Origin: Leucoraja erinacea
Lineage: Eukaryota
Assembly (NCBI RefSeq): GCF_028641065.1
Contig: NC_073394.1
Coordinates: forward strand, 16,492,001 to 16,556,000
Length of the DNA: 64,000 nucleotides
Reading direction: 5' to 3'
Under the pieces are notes generated by a model. The model was not told the DNA's origin, made no database searches, and saw nothing but the letters and a program-made list of their open reading frames with translations. Shown piece after piece: positions 12,331 to 25,290 of this stretch. Each line of letters begins with the position of its first letter. The stretch's first letter is position 1. The position numbers and the translations under genes are program-made.

Positions 12331-15300
12331 GTCATGAAGAAAGAATGCATCAGCATAGCAATCAACTTTCATTATAATAACATCCCGCTGACAGCCCTAT
12401 GATCTGAAACATTGATTTACTTTTCCATAGATACTGCATGGCCTGCTGAGTATTTCGAGCATTTTATGTTTCATTTCAGATTTCCAATATCTGCATTGTT
12501 CCTACTTTTCAACATAATGCAAGAGTGCCACCGTGTGGTCTCTCCTAACATCAGCTGCACTTTTCAGGCAAGAACAGACACAGAAACCAAGGTGATCCTT
12601 TACTCATCCTCCTCCCATCCCAGAATTTATCAGGCATTTTAGCAGTGCCTTTTGGCATTATCAGAAGTTTTACTTCCAAATGTGAAATGCATGGCTATAA
12701 AAACAGTGGATCTTTATTCTGCAGATCTCAACCAATTATGGAGAATAACTGAATGGAAGATTGAAATTAGATTCAAAATTAGATAATGTATTTCAGTCAA
12801 ACCTAAGTCATTATATAACAAAGCCTTAGGGCTGCAGATTACATTAGACACTATTGAAGGAATTGATCTTAAGGCTGGTTTCTGGGAAGGCAAGGAAGGC
12901 CTATCATTTATGTTCTATTGTAATAGGATGTGTCACACTTAAGGCATTGTATAAGTTGAGTTTATGCCTTACTATCAATCAAATCTTTCTTGCTCTCTGC
13001 TAGACAAGCATTTGCATTTCATACTTTCATTGTGATAAAGTACTTACAAGGAACAAAGAACAGTGGCACATAACAACATTAATAAACACTTGAACCCGAT
13101 CAGACTCACACCTAAAAACATAAGGCCACATAACAAACTGAAAATTGAGTAACAGCATGTCGATAAGTACCAGTGATTTGACCCAAATGTCTTCATTGCA
13201 CACACTGACAAAGCTTTACATTTATATCAGTCTGCAAATAGTAGAAAATATTACAGATTTATAATCAGTCCAAAACCTAAAAACCTGCAAGTGAAACAAA
13301 TGGACTTTAACATTATACGAAGGAGATAAATCGTTGGTTATGCTTATGATATTTGATAAGAATGGGCCATTGTACCATTTCGTAGCAATGATTTAGACTG
13401 AAATAGTTCAACCTTTGAGACCACATGTTGATATTCAATATAGATATATTCTGAGATCAACGAAACGCCAATAACGTGTAGTTTTACAAATCATTTCATT
13501 GTAAATTGAAAGTTTGTTAACTTGAATCGGAAGACATCTTTGGAGACAAGCAGACTTACTATTCCTTACATTTATTTATGTATCAGTAAGATGCAGCACC
13601 CAGCTTCTGTGATATGCAGCTGAAGGTCTAAAGATCCCCAGTTCAATCACAGGTTTTGGTAGCTTTGTGATTACCCAATAAAAACTTCAAGAGGTATTCC
13701 TATTGGTGTGTCAGAATGACACAGCAGGTAGCGCTGCTGCCTCACACCTCACGTGACCTGTCTTCAATCCTGTCCTCCAGCACTTAATCTCCCTGTGACT
13801 CGAGTTTCCAGAGTGTTTTGTTTGGTTTACTCACAAATCCCAAATGTATGTAAGATAGACTGAAAATGCTGGATTCACTCAGCAGGACATGCAGTATCTA
13901 TGGAGAAAAGGAATAGGTGGCATTTTGGGTCGAGATCGTTCTTCACTATCCCAAATATATGTGGTTGGTAAGTTAATAGGCTGCTGTAAATTACCCCCAC
14001 TGTAGGAGAAGCATGGGCACATGAGAGACATTGTAACGAGGAAATAAGTGAAGGGACTGGATTGACAGAATTTGTGTGTGCTAAGGCCATCGGTAAGAGA
14101 GGTGGGGTGGATTTTTTTAAATTGGAGAATTCAGTGTTCATATTGTTGGGTTGTAAGTTCCAAGCAGAAAAAGAGGTGCCATCCCTCCAGTTTGCATTCA
14201 GCATCACTCTGGCAATGGGGAAAACCAAGAAGAGCGATTGTGGATGAGGAAACTCAGATTTGGGTCAAGTAGTGAATTGACGTTTGGAAAGAAGCCAATA
14301 AAAGACAAATTTTATTAAGATTATTTTTTAGTACCTCACAAAATCAATTAGGTTGTAGTGAAGTGCTGTAACAGCCTTGAGGTTCAGGGTTAAATGTGAT
14401 CAACACATACAAGCAAGCTGATTCTATGCTGCTTCATGATATCACAAAAAGGAAACCAGATAACTGGTGAAATAATTGGAAACTGCAAAAAGAAAATAGA
14501 GGCAACAATACAACATGTGCAGCAGTAGATGTGACGAAGGAAATCACAATGATTAAGTGTTATGACCAATATTAATGACAAGCAACATGTCTAAAGATAT
14601 TCAGGGTTAAAAAAAAGCTGAATATATCATCATTGACTAGTCTTTATACTGGATATTTTAAATGAGCTAAAGCAGAGAATCAGAAGCCCAGAAAATATAC
14701 AATAATAACTAAGAATCTCAATGCAACATCGCTTTAATTTATGGAAGTTGAAATCTATGTTTTGTCAGTTCTCCTTTAAGCCACTAGATGGAGAGATCAC
14801 ACTCCTAACTGAGATGAGTCAGTTCATTGTGCTCAATTTGTGAATTCTGTCAATAACTGTTGATAGAGACCAATTCATTAAGCTATTCCCAACCCAATTG
14901 TAGGAGAAATTGCATGGCAGTAAACAGTCTATACTGTAAGAAAAGTAGAAGGCTTTGGTGAGGTGGACAGACAGGTTCAGGATAAAATACACATTAAACA
15001 AATTCAGTACCACTTCACTTCAATTTTAACAAACTGATCATAATGAACAGATAGTATAATAAACAGCCAAAATAATATCTTGAAAATGTAACATAGTCAT
15101 GTAGAAATCAACAGCAAATTTAACTTGGATTTCCCAAACTAAACTCATATGAACAATGGAAAATCAGTGCTGTGACTTGTAATAATAAACCCCTTCGGAT
15201 ACTTCCCAATCAATTTTGCATCTGCAGTGACAAATCTTGACTTTACTGTGTAAAAAATGGTGAAAACATCATTGTACACATTGCAGTGATTGCAAGAACA

Positions 15301-15707
15301 GCTTGTTTGGACTAGGTTGAGCAACATGTCCACAAAATAGATTAGACATCAATCTTTAAAATTCATTGTATTTCTGATCTCCTGCAGTTCTATTCCAGTA
15401 CTTTCCCGTCCTGTTCACTCAATAAATCAAACATAGGACCCTTCTTTCTAATCTCTTGTCATAGCCCCTCAAGTGTCTGTTTCTGGTCTAACTGCACATG
15501 GTGTCCTTGCTATGTGAGAGAGCTTTATTCCAAAATATACTACTCCCCCATTCTCAAAATCAACTCATAGATAGCAGGTAACATAGTTTTTTCTAACATT
15601 TTCTCAATATTTTGATGATGCCTGCTTTGATTGATTATGAAATCCGGTTTAAATAAACAAATCATAATAAATGCTAAACCATCCCAAATTTCCAATGATA
15701 AACTGGC

Positions 15708-15996
15708 AGTTTAGAGATACAGTGTGGAAACATGCCCTTCGGCCTTCCGAGTCCGCACGGACCAGTGATTCCCGCACATTAACACTATCCCACACACAAT
15801 AGGGACAATTTACAATTTTACCAAACCAATTAACCTACAACCTGTATGTCTTTGGAATGTAGGAGGAAATCGGAGCTTCCGGAGAAAACCCCGCAGGTCA
15901 TGGGGAGAATGTACAAACTCAGTACAGATAGTCAGGATCGAACCCAGGTCACTGGCGCTGTAAGGCAGCAACTCTAACGCTGCACCGCCGTGCCGC
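15708..15996 (-). mobile_element. HE1-like SINE, near full length
   Basis: 5' GGCGGCACGGCGGTGCAGCG, B box, conserved central domain and CR1-like tail. Confidence 0.85.
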
Positions 15997-16114
15997 CTCA
16001 AGGAATTGTCTTTTAGAAAATAACTTTCAGAGATATAGACTACTGCACAATTCAAGAAAGTATTAAAACCTGGTTCTGTCTCTCTCGATTACACATTGAA
16101 TATTGTTTGGGACC

Positions 16115-16308
16115 TAATTGCAATCTTCACATTGTGTTTTTAATTTTTTGTCTTTGGAGCGATTTCTGTCTTTAATTTGTGTATTGGTGATGTCCTTATT
16201 ATTTATTTTACTCCGACTATATGTTTTTTCTCTCTTGTTAATCTCTGTAAGGTGTCCTTGAGACTTTGAAAGGCGCCCGCAAATAAAATTTATTATTATT
16301 ATTATTAA
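16115..16308 (+). mobile_element. L2-type LINE 3' end
   Basis: TGTAAGGTGTCCTTGAG...AATAAAATT(TAT)n; matches the tail of the L2 copy at 42472-43430. Confidence 0.7.
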
Positions 16309-18246
16309 TCGTACAGCACTTTCCATTTCCATATGGTTTCTCATGTCTTAATTTAATCAGATTATCTTCAGGAAGATAATACACAGAACTAATGAGGGCA
16401 TTCTGATCAAATGAAGGGATTCATAGGATTTCATAAATGATGAGAATATTGGATCATTTTTGGCAATGACAGATTCTGGACTGTATTATGCACCATGATG
16501 CCAATCCCATTAACATCAGCATCACTGCAATTTTGGTTGGAAAGTAATTTAAAGTGATTATCAATTAAGTCAATTAAGGGAATTCTGAATAATACATAAA
16601 ATAAATTTCAGTAAAGAGATTCAATGATACTTTACGCAACTTATTTAGCTTGCAGGGTACATAGTTGTAAACTAAAATATGCAACTAATTAAAAAAATCA
16701 GCCAAGCTTTGAGCAGATCCACATTCATGAGTGCTAAGTTGCAAATAGTCTCAAAGACCATTCCCAAACTCTTCTTTTCCTTCCCAATCACTTCTCTTTC
16801 CTCCTACCTCATCCTTTTCCCCTCCCAAAACAGACCTTCATTGACGCTCCTGGGACCTAGCAAGACCCACAACCAGGAAATAATACGCCACCACTGGATA
16901 CCTAACACAAACAGCGTCTAAGAATCTCTATCCAGGAGCCACTCAGGTATTGTTTATCTCATGTATATTATGTTATCGCGTCTAGCACTTGTGAAATTAT
17001 TTTACAACCTTTGTCACCTGGTTGTGATTCCATGAACATTACTGTTCTCTGGGCTTCAAACTTGGTTCATATTGCCCAAAACAAGCTTTTCTTGGGATCA
17101 GTACATTAAGACCTGTGATACTTGCATCCCATTTGTAACCTAACCTAATAATACTGGCACTGGAGATATATGGAAATTAATTGTTGTTGTAATGCAGATT
17201 TGTGGCACATCTGTAACTGCAAGATTCCAAGGCTGAACTTACCAATATAATTTTAACAGACGGCCTTTTGTCCCGATTTCATTTTGGAAATTTTGAGAAC
17301 GCCATCATATCTCTGAAATTACACCGACAAATTCCTATAAAAGACACTAAATCTGACAAACATATGGATGCTACATTGGGCCTACAAAACACTAGAAAAT
17401 TAAAAAAATTGGAACGGACCTATGTTAGTATTTTACATAAATGTGTTTAACTCAACAAATACCTTTGCAAAAAACTGAAACATTGAAAAAGACAATGGTG
17501 AGTTTTAACATGTATAACAGTGAGCACCTGACAATGATGGATGCAGTTCTTTCAAATGGCCTAGAAATGATCCAATCGCATTAGAGCAACCTCAACTTGA
17601 GGTAATTCTTACCACATGTGCTATACCTTCGCCCACCTGTGGCAACTGCCATTTTAACCCACTTCTAAGCTGCTTGGAGTGGGAAAGCCCATAATCACAT
17701 ATACATCTTTGCGGTACACTTAACTGAAATTCATGTGGTCTTCTCTTTGGTTTTAGGCTTCTTAGTTTCAAATACAGGATTGAACCATCTGTAATTATCT
17801 TACATCTCTGCATACAGTTTAAAGAAAAACTGCAAAGTTTAGTTATACCAACTATCAGTGGTACAAAACCCTAGCCACAATGATTTTAACTGCAAACTCC
17901 TTTCTATCTGGTACTCTGCTTGCAGTCAATATAAAATTGTGTTTTGTAATCAAAAATATATGCTGTTGATTATGCAATGTAGCATCTGCTCATGAAAGTG
18001 AGCTGTGGTAATTAAAAATGAAAGATGAAAAAAAAGGCATTTGTAAATCTGGTCACCAAAGCTGAAATGTCAATACAATACAAGGGTACTGTGCTTACAA
18101 AGTAGGAAATGCAAAATATATTTTAAAATGTAATTTTATTACACCGTTCATGGCAGAGATGGTCAAGCATTGTTGTCAAGATCACTCTGAAATGTTCCAA
18201 TTTTATGTTGCATAAGCATCCCTACAATGTGCATGCAAATCATTGA

Positions 18247-18340
18247 AGTCTGAAGAAGGGTCTCGACCCGAAACGTCGCCTATTTCTTTCACTCCATAGA
18301 TGATGGAACTCACCCGCTGAGTTTCTCCAGCATTTTTGGC
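18247..18340 (+). mobile_element. Short Penelope-terminus-derived repeat with a hammerhead-like core
   Basis: CTGAAGA-AGGGTCTCGACCC-GAAAC-GTC followed by GCTGAGTTTCTCCAGCATTTT; many related copies in the window. Confidence 0.7.
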
Positions 18341-18739
18341 CACCTGCAGGAATATCATGGTGTTTGGTGTCGTAGCTCTTTTCATTTTCAGTTCTTTTAT
18401 TGTCAGTGTAAATGCTGGCTACCAGGCTATTCAATTGAATTTGCATGATGGCAACAATGCTGCAGAACTGTCAATGTGTTCTCTTAATGTCAAATTCACC
18501 AATCACTCATGCTCCCTTATTAACATTAGTTCCTTGTTAAGCAACACTTTGATCGTTAGAGATTTATCCATGCTTTCAAATCATTCCATTGCCTTGTGTA
18601 GCATATAATCTATGTGCTGTTTACATCTAGTTTGAAGGAAACTGCATTTGAATCATCAATGTAAAGATGGCTAAAGAACAAACACAGGTAAATCAGAGCA
18701 TCCTAGATAAGAATAATGGTCGTTAAGGACAGGGTGAGC

Positions 18740-20335
18740 CTTCTTCTTTCGTGTCCATCATCTATGTTTCAATTGTTCGGGCAGGCTCTTGCACAGTGGA
18801 CAGCCTTCTCGCTAGATCTTCCAGGCAGCATTGTTCACCAAGAAGTGGGCATCTTAGTAGGAGTGGCATGGATTGTACGGATGTTCCACATTCACATTCT
18901 GTGTCTGCCGCATCTGCATAGCCCCATTTGCTCATATTGGTCTTGCATCGGCCCATTCGTGTACGAAGCTTATTGTGGGACTTCCAGGTCTTCCAGTCAC
19001 TCCTGTGACCAGGTGGTAACTGTTCCTTGGTTAGGATTGGCATCTTTACGTGGTGGTGATTTTCACTGCGTTTCTTTTCCCACAAGGCAAGTCTGGTTGC
19101 TTGAGGAGACTGTGACAGTGGTTGGATTGTGTGAAGGAAGCCCTTCCTCGACTTCAGCCATTTTTGGGCTGGGTGATTGGAGTGACAGAAATGGCGGGTG
19201 TCCCCAACTTGCCTACTACATTCAGTTCTTCCGGCAACTGATCTGGTGGAGCAATACGTTTAAGTTCACATTTATTGTCACACGCACCAATTAAGGTACA
19301 GTGATATTTGAGTTACCATACAACCATACGAGTAAAAATAACCCAAACACGATAGAGTTTAACATAAACATCCATCACAGTGGTATCAGCATTCCTCATT
19401 ATGATGGAAGGCGATAAAGTTCAGTCAATCATCCTCCTTTGTTCACCCGTGATCAGGGCCTTGAACCCTCCACAGTCGCTACCACGGACGGCCAACACAT
19501 GCAAGCTATCCATACCCGTTGGTTTTAGGCAGCCAGTGATGCATCTGCAGCTATCATTAAGGGCGGCATCAACTTTCTTCGAATGAGATGATATCTCCTA
19601 AACAGGATAAGCATAATCTGCAGCAGAGTAGCACAGAGCAAGAGCTGTTGGCCGCAGTGTGGATGCATTGGTACCCCATGACAAGTTTGCCAGCTTGCGT
19701 GGGAGGCTGTTCCTCGTCCTCACTTTGCCCTTCACCCTTTCGATGTGTTGCTTGACGGAGAGGGTTCTGTCCAGAGTGACTCCAAGGTAGACAGGATAGT
19801 CACAGTGTCTCAAAGGGACACTATTCTATGTTAAGGACAGCTTTCTCCTAGCTTCGCGATTACGAAAGTGGAACATGCTAACTTGGGTCTTAGCAGGGTT
19901 TGCCTTCAGTTGGTTGTCCTTGTAGTAGTTTGTCAAGTTGTCTAAGGATAATGAGAGGGTAGCTTCTACCTCATCTATGCAAGTGCTCTGGGCTGCTATT
20001 CCAAGGTCGTCAGCGTAAATGAAGCTTCTCGTCCCTGGGAACACTGGCTGATCATTAGTGTATACATTGAACTGCACCGGAGCAAGGACACTGCCCTGAG
20101 GTAGGCCATTATTTTGTTTCCGCCATCTGCTGCGTTTATCATTTAGCTCAACATAGAAGCGTCTGTTTTCCAGTAACTGTTGAATCAGTTTGGTCAAGTC
20201 ATGGAGTGTGTTGAGGAGCAGTCGGTGGATCACAGTGTCGTAGCCAGCTGTTAGATCAACAAAGACGACGCCAGTTGGTTCATTCCTCTCAAAGTCGTCG
20301 TCAATGTGCTGAGTTAGATTGAGCACTTGGGTCTG
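18740..20335 (-). mobile_element. Vingi/Ingi-clade LINE, decayed RT region, interrupted at ~19262-19495
   Basis: VFVDLTAGYDTV..NGLPQGSVLAP..YADD..LKANPAKTQ..YLGVTLDRTL..TALALCYS; C-terminal zinc-knuckle-like CECG; 3' end GACACGAAAGAAGAAG. Confidence 0.8.
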
Positions 20336-22502
20336 CTTGTACTGTATAACTCTATGATTGCATGCATATTCAGCAATAAATGACAAAAACTTAGTCTGAA
20401 ACATTGCCTATTTCCTTCTCTTCATAGATGCTGCTTCACCCGCTGAGTTTCTCCAGCATTTTTGTCTACCGTAAAACCTAACTGATGTACTTCATAAAAT
20501 TTCCATAGGTCAACTCACTTTAATATATACATTGTGCAATATCAAAACAAAGAACATTTACAATTTCATAGTGTAATCAAATTCCACCTAATCAAATTCA
20601 GATTCATATTTGTTTATTGTCAATACACCAAAGGGCATTGAAAATCCATATTCAGATCAAGCTCAGAGTAAACAATAAACATATAGTAAAGGCAAATATA
20701 ACAATAAATAAAACAAAGAGTGTAAAACAGCAGAATAGTGCAAGTTTATAGTCCAATGCAAATTGTAGTGCAACCCGAAGTATTGCAAAATATATAAAGT
20801 GCATTAATGGAATAACCGAATGAGGTGGAGTTAAGAGAAAGAGTAGCACATCAGAGAAGGTGATGTGAAAGATGAATGTTTCAGGAATCTGATAGATGTG
20901 GGCAAGAGAGTTTTCTTAATGTCTGGACATCCAAATTTTAAAGCTACTGTATCTTCTCAGAATATAGAAGTAAAGGGTGAGATTTATATTACGAAGTCAG
21001 AGGTGTGTTTGCTGCTGGGATTCTTGCGCAAAAGCTGTTAGCGGTTTAGTTTAGTTCGGAGGAGGCATGGTAGAAGGAATATCTTTCGACCATAGGTCAG
21101 ACTTTCCAACATGAGGAGTTTTCTAACATTTAAAAGCGACATGCTGGAGTTTGATGAAGATTACAGTGTATGAGTCAAAGAAGAAGGCTGGGTGAATATC
21201 TTACTGTTTTTCTTCAACAATAAAGAAACTATTAGTCAAAAGACTGTGTTATGAAGATTTATCTTTCGAGAAACTTTGAATTTCGCGTGGAGAGCTCACA
21301 TGCGTAAAACGACACTCTCCTAACTCCGTTTTCTCCTAAGTGGCTAGAGGGAGCGATCTCTTGAACGATATAATAATCTGCCACTATATTAGTCTCCTGT
21401 TTAAATTTGGCATCATTATAAGCCATCCTCCACAATATCAATAAATGCTCAAGTGCATTAGATATAAAACGTCCTATGATCTCTAACATTCCAGCCGCAG
21501 GATTTTAAAATTTATGTTACAGAAAGGGGTACAATCTTATCCAGTGAAATTGGAAAAGTGAAAATGTCTCCAGGTATGTTATGTCTGGGAAAATTCAGCC
21601 CAATCAATCTACTCTCAATCAGTGGCAAAGGTATAGAAACTTTTATCAAAAGTACTGCCAAGTAACCAATAAATCATTTTGATTTGATTTAGTTTAGTTC
21701 GGAGGAGGCATGGTAGAAGGAATATCTTAGAAGCAAACCTCAAACCAGGTTTCGTGCAGACTAAAGAACAGACCTCCAAAAGTGAAATTAAGGACACTGC
21801 CCTTCACATTGCTGTGAAATCTTAGTGACAATGAAATCTCTCCATTGGGTAGATTAGCTCATCATTTAGTTTATAGGAAGATGGTTATAGTTGACGGACC
21901 AATCATCTCAGCCCCCAGGACAATGCTGTTTACAACAATATTTTAGCAAAACAATTTTCAGCTGTTTCATGAATGACTCCTTTTCCATTATATCAGAAAT
22001 ACATATGTTCACAGTTCCACTTCCAAGAGCACTGATGCTGAAATTGTTTGTGTTCTATGCACCACTACTGAGACAAACAAATTCAGGACACACAGAGCAT
22101 GATCACTTCCAGTATGAAGGTATCTAAGCATTTCCCTGACACTCAATAGCACGACCATCATGATTCCACCATCATCAACACTGCCGAGATTACTACTGAC
22201 CAGATTATTAAAGTATCAAAGTACCAAGACTACAAAATTGTTCCTAAATCCAGCAATTCTATATTTGGACCTGTGCTATGGGAATTCAAGGCACAAGCTC
22301 TGCTCGTTCTGTACATGAATCCAAAAAAATGACTACGTGAAAATGGGCAGGTATTTATTACATTCCATAAAAAGCAATAGGATGAAATGTTTTATAATCC
22401 AGTTAGAAAAAACAAACGAATCAGACATCTATATCTTTGTCTACTTTAATGATACAAAATAAGAACAAATGTAATCAAAAATAATATGACATTTTTAATG
22501 AT

Positions 22503-22508
22503 TTTATT
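22503..22508 (-). terminator. Candidate IFTAP polyadenylation signal
   Basis: AATAAA on the minus strand about 130 nt after the stop; a second one at 22354-22359. Confidence 0.45.
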
Positions 22509-22634
22509 CCATGATTTCAATTTCTGGGATTTATAAATTCTCATCCCCAGATTCTGTTTTAGATATAAGAATTGTTATCTTTTAGACAGAATGTCAAGCT
22601 ACCAGGTTGACTGCACCAGAAAATGACAACTGTA

Positions 22635-22808
22635 TCACAAGTCAGAATCTTTCAACTTTGTTGTGTTACATTCTCCACTTTCTGTTTGGTGTTGTGACAA
22701 GGCAGAAATAGCAGCAAGTTCAACCTCAGTGTATTTGGGCTTGAGGTAGACACAGTTATAGTCAAACTCTTCATCCAACTTGAAAGGCTGAACTTCATCT
22801 GTCAATAC
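22635..22808 (-). CDS. IFTAP: IFTAP last coding exon: VLTDEVQPFKLDEEFDYNCVYLKPKYTEVELAAISALSQHQTESGECNTTKLKDSDL*
   Basis: Carries the NWC/C11orf74 C-terminal signature DEVQxFxLDEEFDY..LxxK. Acceptor tttttcatcag; 58 codons ending in TGA at 22637-22635. Confidence 0.93.
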   Translation of the reverse strand, partial: VLTDEVQPFKLDEEFDYNCVYLKPKYTEVELAAISALSQHQTESGECNTTKLKDSDL

Positions 22809-23214
22809 CTGATGAAAAATAAAGTAATTTCATGTTGGCAAACTACAATTGAAGTGGAAAATATAGATGCATGAACTAACATCAGCAGTGCTCTGTATCA
22901 ACACAAAATAGTGCTGCTTAGTACTTACAGCAAAGATAAAATACATATATGAAATCGCAAGCTGCTTAAAAGTCCTCCATGTTTTTTACATTAAAGATTG
23001 AAACTTACCTGGAATCACACGAATGTGAAATGTCACCATATTTTTGCTAACTAGATCACATATTATAATAGATAAGAGTGCAAACAAAATCAAAGACTGT
23101 TTCATTCTCTTATTTTTTCTCTTACATTACTAATTAGAAGAAACCATCTGTTTTGAAAACTAAACTGTCAATGTGTAGCCAAGAAGTAAAATATTTGGAA
23201 GATCTTGGGAATAA

Positions 23215-23810
23215 AGGATAACCGTTGGTCTACAAGAAAGCACACCAACACCTCTACTTCCTGAGAAGGCTTAGAAAGTTCAGCATGTCCCCAACAAACA
23301 ACTTCTATAGATGCACGGTAGAAAGCATTTTATCAGGATGCATCACAGCATGGTTTGGGAACAGCTCCATCCAAAATTGCAAGGAGTTGGGGACGTAGCC
23401 TAGACCATCACACAAACCAACCTCCTTTCCATTGGCTCAATCTACATTTCACGCTGACTTGGCAAAGCCACCAACATAATCATGGACCAGTCTCATCCTG
23501 TTCACTCCCTCTTCTCCCCTCTCCCATCAGGCAAGAGGTACACAAGTTTAAAAACACACCCCTCCAGATTCAGGGACAGTTTCTTACCAGCTGTTATCAG
23601 GCAACTGAACTGTCATCTCACCAGAGCAGTCCTGACCTCCCATCTACCTCATTGGAGACCTTTGTATTATCTTTAATCAGACTTTATCTTGCACTAAACA
23701 CCATACCCTTTACCCTGTATCTGCACACCATGGGCAGCTTGACAAAAGCTGCAACAAAAAGCTTTTCACTGTACCTTGGTACCAATGACAATAACCAAAC
23801 TAAACTAAAC
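23215..23810 (+). mobile_element. Rex1/Babar LINE 3' fragment
   Basis: LYFLRRLRKF..FYRCTVESILSGCITAWFG..PLPSGKRY remnants and a microsatellite tail. Confidence 0.8.
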
Positions 23811-24002
23811 GGAGTATTTGGAACTTTGTGTACTCAGCCAAGTAGAAGTAAATGCATTTTGGATTTGAACAATATCCAAATATAACATAATAATAATCAA
23901 CAATCACAAAAAAAACATTATCTACAGGCAACAGCAATATAGTTACTTTGCAGCAGCATAAAGTTTCAAAAATAATTCAAATATCTTAAACAATCAGCAT
24001 AC

Positions 24003-24136
24003 CTGGTCATGTGCTTGGCTATTAAACTCTTCAACACCTGCATACACTTTGAAGTCAAGGGTTGTGTGCTTGTATTCACAATAAGAATAATTTGCAGGAA
24101 TCTCCTCTTCTATTTTACCTGGGAGTATTTCTCCTC
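24003..24136 (-). CDS. IFTAP: IFTAP coding exon 4: (G)GEILPGKIEEEIPANYSYCEYKHTTLDFKVYAGVEEFNSQAHDQ
   Basis: Contains an LPGEVE-like conserved motif (LPGKIE). Acceptor atctag, donor CAG|gtatgc, 134 nt, phase 1 to 0. Confidence 0.88.
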
Positions 24137-24769
24137 CTAGATTAAATGGACAATGACAGTAAATAACATGCTGATTATATTTATAAATATATAACCAACC
24201 AAATTTTGGCTAAACTGATATTAAGATGGAAGTGAAAATATCCATCCACATACAATTAAACGGTGTGCATTACTGGAATACAATTTTCACCTTATTTTGT
24301 AAATACCTTCTATGAAAGACAATTTCTTCATAAATAACTGCTTTGACGAAAACCTTTGAACACACAGTGATCACTATTTTGTGAGCATACCATCAGAGGT
24401 TCAAATAAAATGCCCATTATCAAGTTTGCATAATTAATGTGAAATGACTAGCAATACCCATAAACCAAATATAGTCCCTTCCAATTATGAAAGTAAATAG
24501 CATTTTGGTTTTAGTTTTATTTTTGAACCACCTAATATTCTTTCAATACTGCATTATGTCAATGATGCTCCCAATATTACATGATCATTTTAAGTCACAG
24601 AATTTTGTTAAATGAGTTTTACTGTCAAGATATGCACGCCACAGAATGCTGCCAATGTCAATCATATTTGCACCATTGCATTTCTCGTCAATATTGGTCT
24701 CAGTTATTGCTGTTTTAATAGTCTAAATGGCCTGTACCTTAAGGTGCATCACTGTACCTTAATTTGTGC

Positions 24770-25290
24770 ATGTGTCGCACTTAGGCAACTTTTTAGGCGA
24801 GTGCAGGAGACTCTGCACTCGCCTCATGAACGCCACATGGTGCCACATGTTCGCTGGTGGTCTCTGGTGTGTCTCCTTCATGGTCGCGAGGAGTTCCCGC
24901 ATTCTGGGAACTAGTCGCGGCCTCAGAATGGTTGCAGCAAATTTTTCGGCGAAGCGATCGCCAGGCTTGGAATCCGATCAAATCTATGTTCCCACCATTT
25001 CATCAAAATCTCAATATTCAGACTGTTTAAACATATTGTTATAACTTTGTAACTTTATAACTGGGTACATTCATTATGTAAAATTTAAGGAATGGCCAGC
25101 ATCAGTCACAGAAAGCGACTTTAAGTGAAGCGATGTCTGCAACAGCTGATGAGAGACCTTAGTGGCAAGATGAAAATAAAGAGAGAAGTACTTGGGTATT
25201 AGGTTGCAAGGAAACAATAACAGCTACCAACAAGTGAATTTTCAACATGTTGAAAAATTTGCTGCGACCATTCTGAGGCCGCGACTAAAA
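24770..25290. mobile_element. Degenerate Harbinger-like MITE fragments
   Basis: Inverted segments TAGTCGCGGCCTCAGAATGGTTGCAGCAAATTTTT (~24912) and AAAAATTTGCTGCGACCATTCTGAGGCCGCGACTA (~25253); similar to the MITE family at 38100-38459 and 59378-60155. Confidence 0.5.
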
